The notes beneath the pieces were generated by a model. The model made no database searches, was not told where the DNA came from, and saw nothing but the letters and a program-made list of their open reading frames with translations. Shown here one piece after another: positions 28,230-39,185 of a stretch of 64,000 nucleotides of DNA (position 1 is the stretch's first letter; each line of letters begins with the position of its first letter). This stretch comes from an uncultured virus (IMG/VR IMGVR_UViG_3300032006_000004). Taxonomy: Duplodnaviria > Heunggongvirae > Uroviricota > Caudoviricetes. A program made the translations under genes and the position numbers. The stretch lies in the IMG/VR virus record IMGVR_UViG_3300032006_000004. The stretch is one strand, 5' to 3'.

Positions 28230-28840
28230 CGAAATGGGTATCCGTTGAACCACATGACTGCGCTGTGGCGTTCTCCGCTGGTGACGGGTGTTATTCTGTG
28301 TTCCATGAAGCTCGGGAATACTGCTATTGATCCTCGTTCTGCGTCGTTGAAACAATGAAGTTGGTCGTAGCAGCGGATTTGAAGTTCTCCGCCTTCGTAG
28401 TCCGATGAATGAGAAAGATTCACTGTTGCTGAAAGTTTACGCACGGTTCCCTGGAGTTCTGGGAATGGGGTCAGGTTCAAAGGGATTGGATTTGGAACTT
28501 GGTGAGAGGGTAGAAGGCGACGGGCAGCATGATTGTCGGAGTGACCGTCGATATGCCAGTCGTAGTGGCCGTCTACGCCGTAGCGTGTGTATTGAAGAGC
28601 TTCTGGTTTATGTAAGTCGTACGACCAGCCTGATTCTTTGTTTGCTTGCCGAATCCAGGCTGCGATTAGATCGTTTAGTTTTTCGTTGTAGATCCAAGAA
28701 ATTTGGGATTTCCGATGTTCTTCGGAGTCTCCGAAATGGATTCCTTCGATTTGTTGCTCCATCGCAGCGGCGTGTTGAATCTCGTCGCACTGCTGTGGGG
28801 TTAGCGCCTCTGGAATCCACCAATAGTGGTTGGTGAGCAT
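28226..28840 (-). CDS. 2OG-Fe(II) oxygenase (PKHD-type hydroxylase-like)
   Basis: YDWHID, RKLS...LS...YEGGEL, FPS...H..TPVT.G.R.S...W. Confidence 0.9.
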   Translation of the reverse strand: MLTNHYWWIPEALTPQQCDEIQHAAAMEQQIEGIHFGDSEEHRKSQISWIYNEKLNDLIAAWIRQANKESGWSYDLHKPEALQYTRYGVDGHYDWHIDGHSDNHAARRLLPSHQVPNPIPLNLTPFPELQGTVRKLSATVNLSHSSDYEGGELQIRCYDQLHCFNDAERGSIAVFPSFMEHRITPVTSGERHSAVMWFNGYPFR

Positions 28841-29729
28841 GTCAAGTAGATTAGCAGAGCTAAAGCAGGAAGCAGAATGGAGAAAATGTGTCCGAGATGA
28901 GAAACATTTTTTACAGAACTATTGGCACATTGCTCACCCTGCTCATGGTCGTATTCTTTTTGCTTTACGTGAAGCTCAAGCGGAAGCTATCGACCATTGG
29001 GCGGAGAATAGATATTCACTTACCTTAAAGGCGAGACAGATTGGGTGGAGCACACTTGTAGCTGCTCACCAGTTTTGGTTGGCGTTTTTTCATCCAGATC
29101 AGAACATTATTGATTTAAGTCGTACAGAACGTGAAGCTGTGCTGTTGTTGCGTAAAACAAAGTACGGATACCAGCATTTACCGAAATGGATGATTGAACG
29201 TGGACCTAAGTCTTTGGTTGAGCATCAGCAACGGATGGGATTTGACAACGGAAGCCAGATTACGTCGATGCCTTCTGCTTCAGATCCTGCCCGTGGTGAA
29301 TCAGCGACACTTATTGTGGTTGACGAATGGGCATTCCTACCAAACGCAGAAGAAGCATGGGCGTCTATAGAACCCGTGGCTGACGTAGGAGGCCGCATTA
29401 TTGGGCTTTCTACTGCTAATGGTTCAGGAAACTTTTATCACCAGTTGTGGGTTGGGGCTACTACGGGGTCAAACAAGTTTGAGCCTATGTTTTATCCGTG
29501 GTCTGCTACTGAGGATAGGGGTGAGTCGTGGTACATGGAGAAAGTGAAGTCCATGTTGCCTTGGCAGCTTGCACAGGAGTATCCGACTACGCCCGAAGAG
29601 GCGTTCGTTAAGTCGGGTAATCCTGTGTTTGATTTAGATATTCTTGATGAAATGGAACGAAATGTAATCCATGGGGAAACTGGGTATTTGTTTAAGGGAC
29701 CTGGGGTTTTGGAGTTTCGTTCACGATGA
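28839..29729 (+). CDS. Terminase large subunit, ATPase domain
   Basis: Walker A LKARQIGWST, Walker B LIVVDEWAF, STANG, QEYP. Confidence 0.9.
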   Translation: MSSRLAELKQEAEWRKCVRDEKHFLQNYWHIAHPAHGRILFALREAQAEAIDHWAENRYSLTLKARQIGWSTLVAAHQFWLAFFHPDQNIIDLSRTEREAVLLLRKTKYGYQHLPKWMIERGPKSLVEHQQRMGFDNGSQITSMPSASDPARGESATLIVVDEWAFLPNAEEAWASIEPVADVGGRIIGLSTANGSGNFYHQLWVGATTGSNKFEPMFYPWSATEDRGESWYMEKVKSMLPWQLAQEYPTTPEEAFVKSGNPVFDLDILDEMERNVIHGETGYLFKGPGVLEFRSR

Positions 29730-30397
29730 GTTTAGAAGTTTGGGAACAACCAGAGTCTCGTAATGCTTATGTGATGGGTGTTGATACTGCTGAGGGTTTA
29801 GGACACGGTGATTACAGTGTTATTCAGGTTCTGAATGTTCGTTCTGGTGAACAGGTCGCTATTTGGCACGGTCACATCGCTCCAGATTTGTTAGCGGATG
29901 AGGTTGATAGTTTGGGGCGCTGGTTTAATAAAGCTTTGTGTTGTGTTGAGTCAAATAACCATGGGCTTACAACTATTACTGAGTTGCGTCACCTGGGGTA
30001 CCCGAACTTGTTTAGGAAACGCCAATTAAACAGTGTGAACAATCGAATTGGTCAAGAGTACGGTTGGAAGACTACCCGTACGTCGAAGCCTTTGATGATT
30101 GACGATTTGAGTTCTGCGTTAAGAAACGAAGAGCTAATTATTCGTGATCGCCATACGTTGGCTGAGTTGCGAACTTTTGTGCGAAACGATAGGGGAAGCA
30201 TGAATGGCTCTCCGTACGATGACCGTGTTATGGCTTTAGCGTTAGCTAATCAAATGAGAAAGTATGCTTACGAACCAGAGTATGCGCCTGAAGTTAATGA
30301 TTATTGGACTGTGGACTGGTTTGCTCGTTTAGCGATAGGGGAGCCTGAAGGTCCAAGCATGAGAATAGGTGCTAGTACTATTCGTGGGACACGCTAA
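29726..30397 (+). CDS. Terminase large subunit, nuclease domain (separate ORF)
   Basis: YVMGVDTAEG..GDYS, VESNNHG, DDRVMALA. Confidence 0.9.
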   Translation: MSLEVWEQPESRNAYVMGVDTAEGLGHGDYSVIQVLNVRSGEQVAIWHGHIAPDLLADEVDSLGRWFNKALCCVESNNHGLTTITELRHLGYPNLFRKRQLNSVNNRIGQEYGWKTTRTSKPLMIDDLSSALRNEELIIRDRHTLAELRTFVRNDRGSMNGSPYDDRVMALALANQMRKYAYEPEYAPEVNDYWTVDWFARLAIGEPEGPSMRIGASTIRGTR

Positions 30398-30435
30398 CCT
30401 TTCTATAGACATGTCAATTTTGGAGGAAACCTTTA

Positions 30436-30726
30436 ATGGCTTCTAAATTTGTTTCCCATACGAATGGGACTCGTAGTGTAGATGGCAAAGGCGACGGCGC
30501 TAATGCCAAAATGGAACGTGGCGGATCTGTTTCTGCTAACCCGATTTGGGAACCTGGTGGTGCTCAATCACCGAAACAGCGCATGACTGCAGGTAGGTAT
30601 GCAGGCATGACTGGTGATTATGGTCAAGTTTCTGAGCGGATGACGCCAAAGAACCAGCACGGTACAACTGGCAAAGTTGAACCAGCGGCAACACAACCAA
30701 ACCTTCGCGGTTCTGAAGCTGGTTAA
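30436..30726 (+). CDS. Hypothetical late protein
   Basis: GGAGG RBS; downstream of a late-promoter motif. Confidence 0.65.
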   Translation: MASKFVSHTNGTRSVDGKGDGANAKMERGGSVSANPIWEPGGAQSPKQRMTAGRYAGMTGDYGQVSERMTPKNQHGTTGKVEPAATQPNLRGSEAG

Positions 30727-30729
30727 AAC

Positions 30730-30999
30730 ATGGCTGTCCTCCCAGATGGGGCCAGCTTTCAAGAGTTCGCTGAATATGTTCTGGCACGCCGAGATGTGCC
30801 GTTATCAGAACTCAGGGAACTTTACGAACGCCGTTTGCGCCTAAAGTCGATTACTGTTTCTACGGGGCAGGGGTATCAATCTACCCTTCCCCGTGAAGAA
30901 CAGGGCTTAACTAATCGTGAACGTGAAGCCAAGGTGTTCGCAGAAGCGAAGTCTCAAGGACGTAATATAGAGAAGCTGCCACAGAAAGCTCAGTTTTAA
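30730..30999 (+). CDS. Hypothetical late protein
   Basis: Stop overlaps the portal start. Confidence 0.65.
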   Translation: MAVLPDGASFQEFAEYVLARRDVPLSELRELYERRLRLKSITVSTGQGYQSTLPREEQGLTNREREAKVFAEAKSQGRNIEKLPQKAQF

Positions 31000-32870
31000 T
31001 GGCTAAGAAGTCTCGTCAAGAACTCTTGTCCGAATATGTAGATCATGTTGAAAAGTGTTCAAGATGGCGTGACCAGCAAGGTTACGAATACACTTGGCGT
31101 CGTCTAATTGACTTGTACAGAGGCAAACACTGGCCTTCAACAACTTCTAATGAGCAAGACCTTATAGCCGTCAATTTAGCGTTTTCGACGGTCAATGTTA
31201 TAGCTCCAAGCGTTGCAGTGAACTACCCGAAAATTGTTGTTCAAGCAACCAAAGAAGAAAATGTTGACAGAGCAGTATTTGTTGAAGCAATTATCAATTA
31301 CATGTGGAAACATCACAACTTCCGTGATCCTTTCCGTCACGCAGTCAAAGACTTTCTCATATTTGGTCATGGCTGGTTAAAAGTAGGTTGGAAGTTCTTA
31401 GAGCAGCCACAACTGGTTAGCGAAATAGAACGAGAATCTCTCATAGATCAAGCTTTTACTGAAGTAGCTGATTTCGCAGCAACTAGCCCTGAGCTAGCTG
31501 CGGACCTTCCCACAGACGAAGATATTTACGCAAATATTCCTCAAACAATTATGAGGGTTGTGGAAGATCAACCGTTTGTGGAAAGGATCTCTCCCTTCGA
31601 TGTTTACGTTGATCCACAAGCCACAACGCTTGAAGAAGCATCATGGATTGCTCAACGTCTTGTAAGACCTCTCGAAGAAGCCAAAAACGATAACCGTTAT
31701 AAGCCTTCTGCGAGGAAACGGTTATCAAACAACTACGTTCCAGACGTAGACAAAGAAGAAATAAATGACAAAGCCCAATATCTTCCAGAACAAGTAGTTA
31801 TTTGGGAATACTACGACATGAAAGCAAACACGCTTTCTGTCTACGCAGACGGAGCCGACGAATTTCTGATTGACCCTGTAGCAATGCCATACGCTTACGG
31901 TCAACCGTTTGTAATGGTCAGAAACTACGACGTTCCAGACCAGTTCTACCCAATAGGAGATTTAGAAAGTATCGAAAGTCTCCAGTTGGAACTCGATAAA
32001 ACTCGTTCCCAGTTGATGAACGACAGGAAACGATACGCACGCAAATGGTTGTACCATGAGCGTTCGTTCGGGCCTGAAGGCCGAGAAGCTCTCGAATCAG
32101 AAGACGACGGGCGAATGGTTCCTGTTGTGGACGAGAACAAACCACTATCAGAAGTGGTTGTTCCAATGCCTCAAATACCTATGAGTGCCGATATGTACAA
32201 CTATTCGGCAATTATTGAAGACGATATAAACACGGTTTCAGGTATTTCTGAGTATGCACGGGGCGCAATGCCTGAAATACGGCGTACTGCCACAGAAGCA
32301 AGCATTATCGCTGACGCTCAGAATGCTAGGGCTGCAGATAAATTAGCCATTGTAGAGATCTGTATTTCTCATGTAGCTAGGCGAGTCATACAACTGATGC
32401 AACAGTTTATGACGGGGGACCAAATAGCTAGGGTTACGAGTGTTGGTGGCGAAGATATGTTCGTCAACTACACCCGAGATGATATTACTGGGGAATACGA
32501 TTTTTCTGTTCAGGCTGGTTCTACGCAACCTATGAACGATACGATTCGCAAGCAGCAAGCTATTTCGCTTATGAATGCTGTTGCTCCGCTTGTTGGTACT
32601 GTTATTGACCCTGCTGCTTTAGCAATGCACGTATTAGAGAACGGTTTTGGTATCAAAGACCCAGCGAAGTTTATTATGCAAGCGCAACCAGCGCCGCAAG
32701 AGGCAGAAGAAGCCGTGGGCGAAGAACAAATGGTCCCTCCACCGCCAGACTTAGGGGGCGTACCTATGCCAGAAGGCCAAGCTGGGGCGTTTGCGCCCAC
32801 TGGTGGAGTGCCTCCAGAGCTTCTTTTGCAACTTCAAAACCAGATGGGGCTTGAACTTCCCTCACTGTAG
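30999..32870 (+). CDS. Portal protein
   Basis: 623 aa after terminase; G.GW.KVG, ISPFD.YVDP, RTATEA motifs. Confidence 0.85.
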   Translation: MAKKSRQELLSEYVDHVEKCSRWRDQQGYEYTWRRLIDLYRGKHWPSTTSNEQDLIAVNLAFSTVNVIAPSVAVNYPKIVVQATKEENVDRAVFVEAIINYMWKHHNFRDPFRHAVKDFLIFGHGWLKVGWKFLEQPQLVSEIERESLIDQAFTEVADFAATSPELAADLPTDEDIYANIPQTIMRVVEDQPFVERISPFDVYVDPQATTLEEASWIAQRLVRPLEEAKNDNRYKPSARKRLSNNYVPDVDKEEINDKAQYLPEQVVIWEYYDMKANTLSVYADGADEFLIDPVAMPYAYGQPFVMVRNYDVPDQFYPIGDLESIESLQLELDKTRSQLMNDRKRYARKWLYHERSFGPEGREALESEDDGRMVPVVDENKPLSEVVVPMPQIPMSADMYNYSAIIEDDINTVSGISEYARGAMPEIRRTATEASIIADAQNARAADKLAIVEICISHVARRVIQLMQQFMTGDQIARVTSVGGEDMFVNYTRDDITGEYDFSVQAGSTQPMNDTIRKQQAISLMNAVAPLVGTVIDPAALAMHVLENGFGIKDPAKFIMQAQPAPQEAEEAVGEEQMVPPPPDLGGVPMPEGQAGAFAPTGGVPPELLLQLQNQMGLELPSL

Positions 32871-32929
32871 TGGGACACTCCTCTATAGTTATTAGGAACA
32901 ATCTCGCAGAGAACTCCTAGGAGGGGCTA

Positions 32930-33661
32930 GTGCCCGAAGAAAATGAAATTGATACGGAATCCGTTTATGCGGAAGACCCTGATTCATTCATAAATGAAGT
33001 TCCACAGGAACCTGGCGAAATGTACACCATCAAAGTTGACGGTGTAGAGGAGCAGGTCACCCTTGAAGAACTCCAAAACGGCTATCAGAGGCATTCGGAT
33101 TATACCCGAAAGACTCAAGAGGTAGCTGCTGAACGTGAGCGATTGCGTCAGGCTGAACAAATAGTGTCTGCTTTGGAAAGTAACCCAGAGGAGACACTCA
33201 AAACTTTGGCTCAATCTTTCGAGTTAGAGCTTGGAGGACAACCTTCTTCCAGTGACGAATACAGTAACTGGGACGATGAAGACCCTACACAGCAAAAGAT
33301 TGCAGCTTTGGAGAGAAGACTTGAACAGTCTGAAGCGAAGCAACGTCAGGAAGCCATAGAGCGACAAGTATCGGAGCTACAGGAAACATACGGCGAATTC
33401 GATAGCCGCGAATTGATGAACCATGCGTTAAAGCACAAGATTCCAAATCTTGAAGCTGCTTATACACATTGGAGATTCAACGAGGTTAAAAGTACTGCTG
33501 ACAAACTATCTAAGGAACAAGAAATTGTTGCTAAGAAACGGGAAGCAGCGGTAGTCGAACCAGGTGGGTCAACCCAAACGGGAACCGATGCCAAGCCAAC
33601 ATCACGTCCTTCTAGCATTCGAGAAGCATTCGCTCAGGCAAAGGAACAATTAAGCACTTAA
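32930..33661 (+). CDS. Capsid scaffolding protein
   Basis: KVDG.E..VTL.EL..GYQR..DYTRKTQE; acidic coiled coil. Confidence 0.85.
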   Translation: MPEENEIDTESVYAEDPDSFINEVPQEPGEMYTIKVDGVEEQVTLEELQNGYQRHSDYTRKTQEVAAERERLRQAEQIVSALESNPEETLKTLAQSFELELGGQPSSSDEYSNWDDEDPTQQKIAALERRLEQSEAKQRQEAIERQVSELQETYGEFDSRELMNHALKHKIPNLEAAYTHWRFNEVKSTADKLSKEQEIVAKKREAAVVEPGGSTQTGTDAKPTSRPSSIREAFAQAKEQLST

Positions 33662-33681
33662 CCTTTTAGGAGCAAATTAGA

Positions 33682-34629
33682 ATGGCTGCAGGAAACGCCA
33701 ATTTCGATCAAATATTGAGCACCACGCTCAATAACTATATTCCTAAGTTGCAGGATAATATTTTCAGTGCTCGTCCACTTTTCTATGCGTTGACCAATGG
33801 TTCAACCATGAGAACAGTGGGTGGCGGCGCTAAAATTGTTGTCCCGTTGATTTATGGAACAAACTCAACCGCTGGTTCGTACGCTGGAACTGACACTATT
33901 GACATTACTGCTCAAGATGGCATTTCAGCAGCCGAGTATGACTGGAAACAGTATGCGGCTACTGTAACGATTAGTGGTATAGAAGAAGCCAAGAACAATG
34001 GTGAGGCTCAAATAATTGACCTGTTGGAAGGCAAGATTTTCCAAACACAGGAAACAATTATCGAGAACCTCAACGCAATGTTCTACGAAGATGGTCAAGG
34101 CAACGCCCAAAAAGACATGCACGGCCTCAACGAACTCGTTGGGACAGGCAACACTGTTGGCGGCATTGACGCATCTGACGCTGATAACTCATGGTGGCGT
34201 TCACAGCTAACCGATGAGGCAGGAGCGTTGACAACAGCTTCAATGGCTACTGTTTACAACAACTGCTCAGTAGGTAATGACCAGCCCACGATTATGATTG
34301 CATCGCAAGCTGTTTATGAAGCCTATGAAGCAAGTTTGACAGCAAATATTCGGTACACCGATACCGACATGGCAGATGCAGGGTTCCAGAACCTTATGTT
34401 CAAGGGTGCTCCAGTGACGTTTGATAACCAACCAAACCACCTGGATGGAAAAATCTTCTTCTTGAACACTAAGTATCTCCAACTTGTACGGCATTCAGAG
34501 GTGTGGTTCAAAGCAACTCCGTTTGTACGTCCAAACAACTTGGATGCTGTGTACTCACAGATCCTCTGTTACGGCAACCTTACGACGAGCAACCGTTCTC
34601 GTCAGGGTATGCTTTACGGCATCACCTGA
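33682..34629 (+). CDS. Major capsid protein
   Basis: 315 aa after scaffold; GG..I..PL.YG, EY.WKQ, GFQNL.FKG.P. Confidence 0.88.
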   Translation: MAAGNANFDQILSTTLNNYIPKLQDNIFSARPLFYALTNGSTMRTVGGGAKIVVPLIYGTNSTAGSYAGTDTIDITAQDGISAAEYDWKQYAATVTISGIEEAKNNGEAQIIDLLEGKIFQTQETIIENLNAMFYEDGQGNAQKDMHGLNELVGTGNTVGGIDASDADNSWWRSQLTDEAGALTTASMATVYNNCSVGNDQPTIMIASQAVYEAYEASLTANIRYTDTDMADAGFQNLMFKGAPVTFDNQPNHLDGKIFFLNTKYLQLVRHSEVWFKATPFVRPNNLDAVYSQILCYGNLTTSNRSRQGMLYGIT

Positions 34630-34644
34630 TAGCCGTATAAACAT

Positions 34645-34676
34645 GGAGGGGTGGGGGCTTTGGTCCCTGCCCCTCC
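34645..34676 (+). terminator. GC-rich hairpin after capsid gene (terminator/attenuator; weak U-tract)
   Basis: GGAGGGGTGGGG...CCCTGCCCCTCC. Confidence 0.6.
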
Positions 34677-34694
34677 CAAAAGTTCTGAGGATTC

Positions 34695-34943
34695 ATGGGT
34701 AGAGAAATACAAATCGCTTACGGACAAAACACTCGACTTTACGGGACTCCTCCTGCGGAGGGTCACCGTCAAGAAATACCTCGTTCCGATTATTTCGGAA
34801 AAAGAAATGTTCGTCCCTTGAATCACGACATGGAAACCTGGGAAACAGTTAAAAACCAGTGCGTAGCTAACACCAAGAGCGGTGCTCAGTGCAAAGCTCG
34901 TCCTGCTGAGGGAGAAAGTCTTTGTACTTTCCATAAGGAGTAG
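34695..34943 (+). CDS. Small protein with C..TKSG.QC...C..H motif
   Basis: Zn-finger-like C-terminus. Confidence 0.6.
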   Translation: MGREIQIAYGQNTRLYGTPPAEGHRQEIPRSDYFGKRNVRPLNHDMETWETVKNQCVANTKSGAQCKARPAEGESLCTFHKE

Positions 34944-34945
34944 GC

Positions 34946-35674
34946 GTGAACATTGAGGACATGAGGTCATACATTCGATCTGTTGTCGAAATTGACAGCA
35001 GCGATATTTCGGATGCGACCTTAAACCGTTTCCTTGGTGAAGGCTACGACCAAGTTGTTTACAGCGAGAAACGCTGGCCTTGGTATGAAACAGAAACAAC
35101 ATTTACGACAGTTGCAGGGATTAAGGATTACACGTTAGCCACTGTTGGGGCTAGCGTGCAGAACACTGCTGCTCCTCCTGTCAATGTGGGGTTGAAAGAA
35201 ATTCAGGCTTTGCGAACTGACGACGAAATTCTTCAGTTGTTAGGTCGAGATGAAGCAGACGCAATGTATCCGCTGAGTACGACAACTAGCGGTACGCCTT
35301 CTTATTGGAGTTATTGGGCTGACACAATACGGATGTACCCAACTCCTCCAGGTGGGGAAACTATTTATGTGCGTGGGTACAAAAACCCTACGCACTTTGG
35401 GGTAAATACCGTTAATGGGCTTGGTCCTGTTGATTTCCCCGAACCGTTTCATGTTGTTATAGCCACATATGGGATTAGTCGTGCATACGACCAACAAGAA
35501 GATCCTGAAATGGCTGTTACCTATTTCAATACGTTTATCAGGGAACTTGATAATCTTCGAGCTAGATATCTTGATGCTCCTGCTCCGCAACCAATGATAA
35601 TGAACTCACGTTCTTCTTCACGTTGGGTGCGAAACAGTTACTTACCTAACCGTCTTCGGTATTCCTGGGAGTAA
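34946..35674 (+). CDS. Head-tail adaptor / tail tubular protein A-like
   Basis: Podoviral position; WPW, YPTP, PE.FH motifs. Confidence 0.7.
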   Translation: MNIEDMRSYIRSVVEIDSSDISDATLNRFLGEGYDQVVYSEKRWPWYETETTFTTVAGIKDYTLATVGASVQNTAAPPVNVGLKEIQALRTDDEILQLLGRDEADAMYPLSTTTSGTPSYWSYWADTIRMYPTPPGGETIYVRGYKNPTHFGVNTVNGLGPVDFPEPFHVVIATYGISRAYDQQEDPEMAVTYFNTFIRELDNLRARYLDAPAPQPMIMNSRSSSRWVRNSYLPNRLRYSWE

Positions 35675-35677
35675 TAA

Positions 35678-37255
35678 GTGGCACGTCCTGGGTTTAAGCT
35701 GGAAATGCTTCAAGATTTTAGTGGTGGTCTGAACTTGCGTTCTGACCAGTTCAATCTTGCGCCTTCGGAGAGTCCTGCGATGTTGAATGTTGATGTGGAC
35801 CCTCGGGGTGGCATCAAAATGCGTCTTGGTGTAAACGTGCGTAACGGAACAGCGTTGAATCAAGATGTTACTGGGTTGGCGCAGTTTACTCCCGATGGGG
35901 GTACGTCCCGAGTTATTTGTTCGCATGGCACTACTGTCGCTGAGTCTGCTACAGGTGATTTCACTGCGCTTTCGGGGGTGTCGGTAACAAACGGTGATCG
36001 TTTGTACGGGCAAACAACTAATAACAAGTTTTATGGAGTTTCGGGAGATGCTGCGTCGTTTGTTTACGATGGAACAACTGCTTCAAACCTTGCGTCGAAT
36101 GTCAACGGTTCAGCAGGAAATTACCCTATAGCTAAATACACCTGTCATTGGAATAACTTTGCTTGGGTTGGTCACACTAAAGAAGGTGGCACTGAATACT
36201 CGAACCGTATTCGGTGGTCCAAAATTGATGACCCAGAAACATGGTTTGACTATGACTACATTGACGTAAACGTAGGTGAACGAGGGGACGAAGTGTCTGC
36301 TCTTTTGCCATTTGCTGACAGATTGCTGGTCTTTAAGACCAACAGCATTCACGCTTTGTATGGCAACACTGGTCAATCATTCCAGATGGTTCCATTGACT
36401 CAAGATGTTGGTTCGATTTCAATGTCATCCCCAGTTTCTACCCCGTATGGGGTGTTCTTCTGGTACGACCGTCAAGGCGTATGGATGTACAACGGGCAAC
36501 AGTTTGTTTGGGTGTTTGAGAAACTTATGCCAGCCATTGACGATGGCAGGTTACAGTTCAACAGCCCACCGCAGCTTGCTTGGTTTAAGAATCGTTTATA
36601 TGTTGCTGTTGACTGGGATGAGACAAGTGGTGGTAACGCTAAACGTCGGGTGTTGGTTTATGATCCGACGTTAGGCAACAACGGTGCTTGGACGATGACT
36701 GACATTGATGCAAATGTTTTGTTGACGTTTGCTCCGCCGAACGCTCCGCAAGCGCTTTTGGCAGGATGTGAAGAAAACACAGGTCGTGTTATTCATTTAG
36801 AACAGAATTTAGAATCAGATTTCTATGGTTCTGCTTCTTCTCATATAGATAGTTCATACACATCGAGTTGGCTTGTAGGGGGCAACCCGATTGTTAGAAA
36901 ACGTTGGGGGAAACCTCGTTTTGTTGTGAGTTCAGACAATACGGTTGCTTTGACAGCAAAGTTGTATGTCGATTACAACAGTTCTGATTACACGAAACAA
37001 ATGCCTTTTGGTGTTCAAACAGAAGCATCCACAGGAGGCAGTTGGAATACGAGCACATGGGCATCTACTCCACCAGCGGCTGGCGCTGTTACATGGGCTG
37101 GAGAGCCAAACACTAGCGTCACAAACATTGAACGCCTACCAACACTTGGGACAGCCAAAGCTATACAAGTGAAGATTGATGGTCCTACTACCAATGATGA
37201 GGCTTGGGAAGTGAATGCTATGGCGTTTACATATCTACACAGGAGACTGCGTTAA
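35678..37255 (+). CDS. Tail nozzle / tubular protein B-like
   Basis: DFSGGLN start, R.RWS...DPETW, beta-rich. Confidence 0.7.
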   Translation: MARPGFKLEMLQDFSGGLNLRSDQFNLAPSESPAMLNVDVDPRGGIKMRLGVNVRNGTALNQDVTGLAQFTPDGGTSRVICSHGTTVAESATGDFTALSGVSVTNGDRLYGQTTNNKFYGVSGDAASFVYDGTTASNLASNVNGSAGNYPIAKYTCHWNNFAWVGHTKEGGTEYSNRIRWSKIDDPETWFDYDYIDVNVGERGDEVSALLPFADRLLVFKTNSIHALYGNTGQSFQMVPLTQDVGSISMSSPVSTPYGVFFWYDRQGVWMYNGQQFVWVFEKLMPAIDDGRLQFNSPPQLAWFKNRLYVAVDWDETSGGNAKRRVLVYDPTLGNNGAWTMTDIDANVLLTFAPPNAPQALLAGCEENTGRVIHLEQNLESDFYGSASSHIDSSYTSSWLVGGNPIVRKRWGKPRFVVSSDNTVALTAKLYVDYNSSDYTKQMPFGVQTEASTGGSWNTSTWASTPPAAGAVTWAGEPNTSVTNIERLPTLGTAKAIQVKIDGPTTNDEAWEVNAMAFTYLHRRLR

Positions 37256-38538
37256 TGGTCGATTTCACTTATCCGCATTTGGCTGAGGCAGGTCAAGCTA
37301 TCGAAGCTTCAAAGCACAACGATAACTGGAACAAAGTAAAAAACTTTATTAATGGGGATGCAGCTAATCCTGCTAATTTTCCAGGGTTGTTGAGGGCGGT
37401 TAATCCTAGTGCTACGGGGACGTTGACTGCTACAGGAACTGTTTCTCTTGGAGCGTCAGACAATTTCTATCTAAATAGCACGCAACATAATGTTATTGGT
37501 TTGGGTACTGGTACTGACATTAATCAAGATACTGCTGGGAGTTTCTTAAAAGATCTGAACTATCGAGCAAACTTTACAAGTTCTGGTCCTGGTAACAACA
37601 CTCATCAGCTTTCTTATGGTTCAGATATAGCCAGCGGTGCTTATGCTGGCAATTATTTGTCTGAGAGTCACCGCTATTCGGTGTACTCTCGTCGTGCTGG
37701 GGAAGGGTACACAGGGCCATATGATGGACGTCCTGCTTCCGAATATCGTTTAGTTATTAATGGTTCTATGGCAATCCGTGGAGACATTATTGGCTACACA
37801 AGCTTTAACGAAAGCGTGCCTGGAACTTCAAATGATTATTTGCTTGGTGAAGGTACCCGTATTAATTGCCAGTGGTTGAATGTCGCATCAAATATTGACG
37901 TAAATGGTTACATCAGGGTGATGACCAAATACGATTACGCCAACTTGTTTATGGGCAATGACTACGATCACCCTGGTGAAGATTATCTTCAATGGAACGA
38001 TGATATTCATTCAGGTCAACCTGGGTTTGCGTTTCACATAAACGGTACTTCTGCTACAAACATGAGTGGTCGTGTTCTTTCTATCTCGAAAGATTCGAGC
38101 AACTATGTGGATGTTCGTGCTCCTGTAGGCACATATCCTGCGAATCAACCAACAACAACTACTGCTGGTTGGCCGACGATCTCAGGAACCACAGCAAATA
38201 TTGATACAAGCACTCAACGCCTTGGAGTTGCTTCTTCTTCTATTCGTTTCAAAGAAGATGTAGAAGATTTAGGAACAGAGGAGAACTGGGACAAATTGCG
38301 TTCGTTGAAGCCACGCACGTTCCGCTGGAACCGTGAAGTAGCTGATCGCTCTAGCTTGGATTATGAAACTCAGATCCCAGAGCCAGGGTTTATTGCTGAG
38401 GAAGTTCACGAAGTGGCACCTGATATGACGTTGTATGACGCTGAAGGTGACCCGATTGTGTATCGAGAGAAGTCGATGCTTGCGATGCTAGTTAAAGCAG
38501 TGCAAGACATCGACGAGCGGTTAGGGGCGCTTGAATAA
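37255..38538 (+). CDS. Tail spike/fibre with C-terminal Peptidase_S74 intramolecular chaperone
   Basis: [29 protein letters not shown]. Confidence 0.85.
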   Translation: MVDFTYPHLAEAGQAIEASKHNDNWNKVKNFINGDAANPANFPGLLRAVNPSATGTLTATGTVSLGASDNFYLNSTQHNVIGLGTGTDINQDTAGSFLKDLNYRANFTSSGPGNNTHQLSYGSDIASGAYAGNYLSESHRYSVYSRRAGEGYTGPYDGRPASEYRLVINGSMAIRGDIIGYTSFNESVPGTSNDYLLGEGTRINCQWLNVASNIDVNGYIRVMTKYDYANLFMGNDYDHPGEDYLQWNDDIHSGQPGFAFHINGTSATNMSGRVLSISKDSSNYVDVRAPVGTYPANQPTTTTAGWPTISGTTANIDTSTQRLGVASSSIRFKEDVEDLGTEENWDKLRSLKPRTFRWNREVADRSSLDYETQIPEPGFIAEEVHEVAPDMTLYDAEGDPIVYREKSMLAMLVKAVQDIDERLGALE

Positions 38539-39185
38539 TGTCCACAGGAACCACGTATACCAGTGACGTAGGAAGAGGCACAAACCTCATAGCCTATGCT
38601 GACGGTTTCCGTTATCAAGGAACGTGGTCCTCTGGCACCTCCTATTCAGTAGGCGACGTTGTTGAATACAACAACGGGTCATATGTTGCAAGAACAGCAC
38701 ACTCAGGGCAAACCCCAAGTTCAGGTAGCAGTTATTGGCAAGTAATATCTCAAGCTGGTAGCGCTGGCGGTCCTGGCCCTGCAGGAGCCGCTGGACCACA
38801 AGGGCCAACTGGCCCGACAGGCCCAGCAGGTTCAACAATTCTGTACGGTATTGGTGACCCACAAGGTGTTACTGGCACTGACGGGGATTATTACCTAAAC
38901 ACAAACAGCAACTATTTCTTTGGGCCTAAAGCCAACGGCGTTTGGCCCCCAGGTTTCAGCCTTGTTGGGCCACAGGGAAGCACTGGGCCGACGGGACCAA
39001 CGGGTCCTGTTGGCCCGTTAGGTCCCCCTGGAGGTCCCCCTGGACCAGTAGGACCAACTGGGCCGACAGGAAGTGTGGGTCCAGCAGGTCAAGCAGCAGG
39101 AACCGTAAATGGTGGTGTTGCTGAGTCAAATACAAATGGAGATTATGGAGGCGTCACACCTATTGACGCAGGAGGGCCAACGTAG
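38538..39185 (+). CDS. Collagen-like tail fibre with carbohydrate-binding-like module
   Basis: W..GTSY.VGDVV.YN..SYVA; G-X-Y repeats. Confidence 0.8.
   Translation: MSTGTTYTSDVGRGTNLIAYADGFRYQGTWSSGTSYSVGDVVEYNNGSYVARTAHSGQTPSSGSSYWQVISQAGSAGGPGPAGAAGPQGPTGPTGPAGSTILYGIGDPQGVTGTDGDYYLNTNSNYFFGPKANGVWPPGFSLVGPQGSTGPTGPTGPVGPLGPPGGPPGPVGPTGPTGSVGPAGQAAGTVNGGVAESNTNGDYGGVTPIDAGGPT

Noticed and set aside
38760..39100. GGNCCN repeats as a DNA repeat element
   Set aside because: Explained by collagen G-X-Y coding
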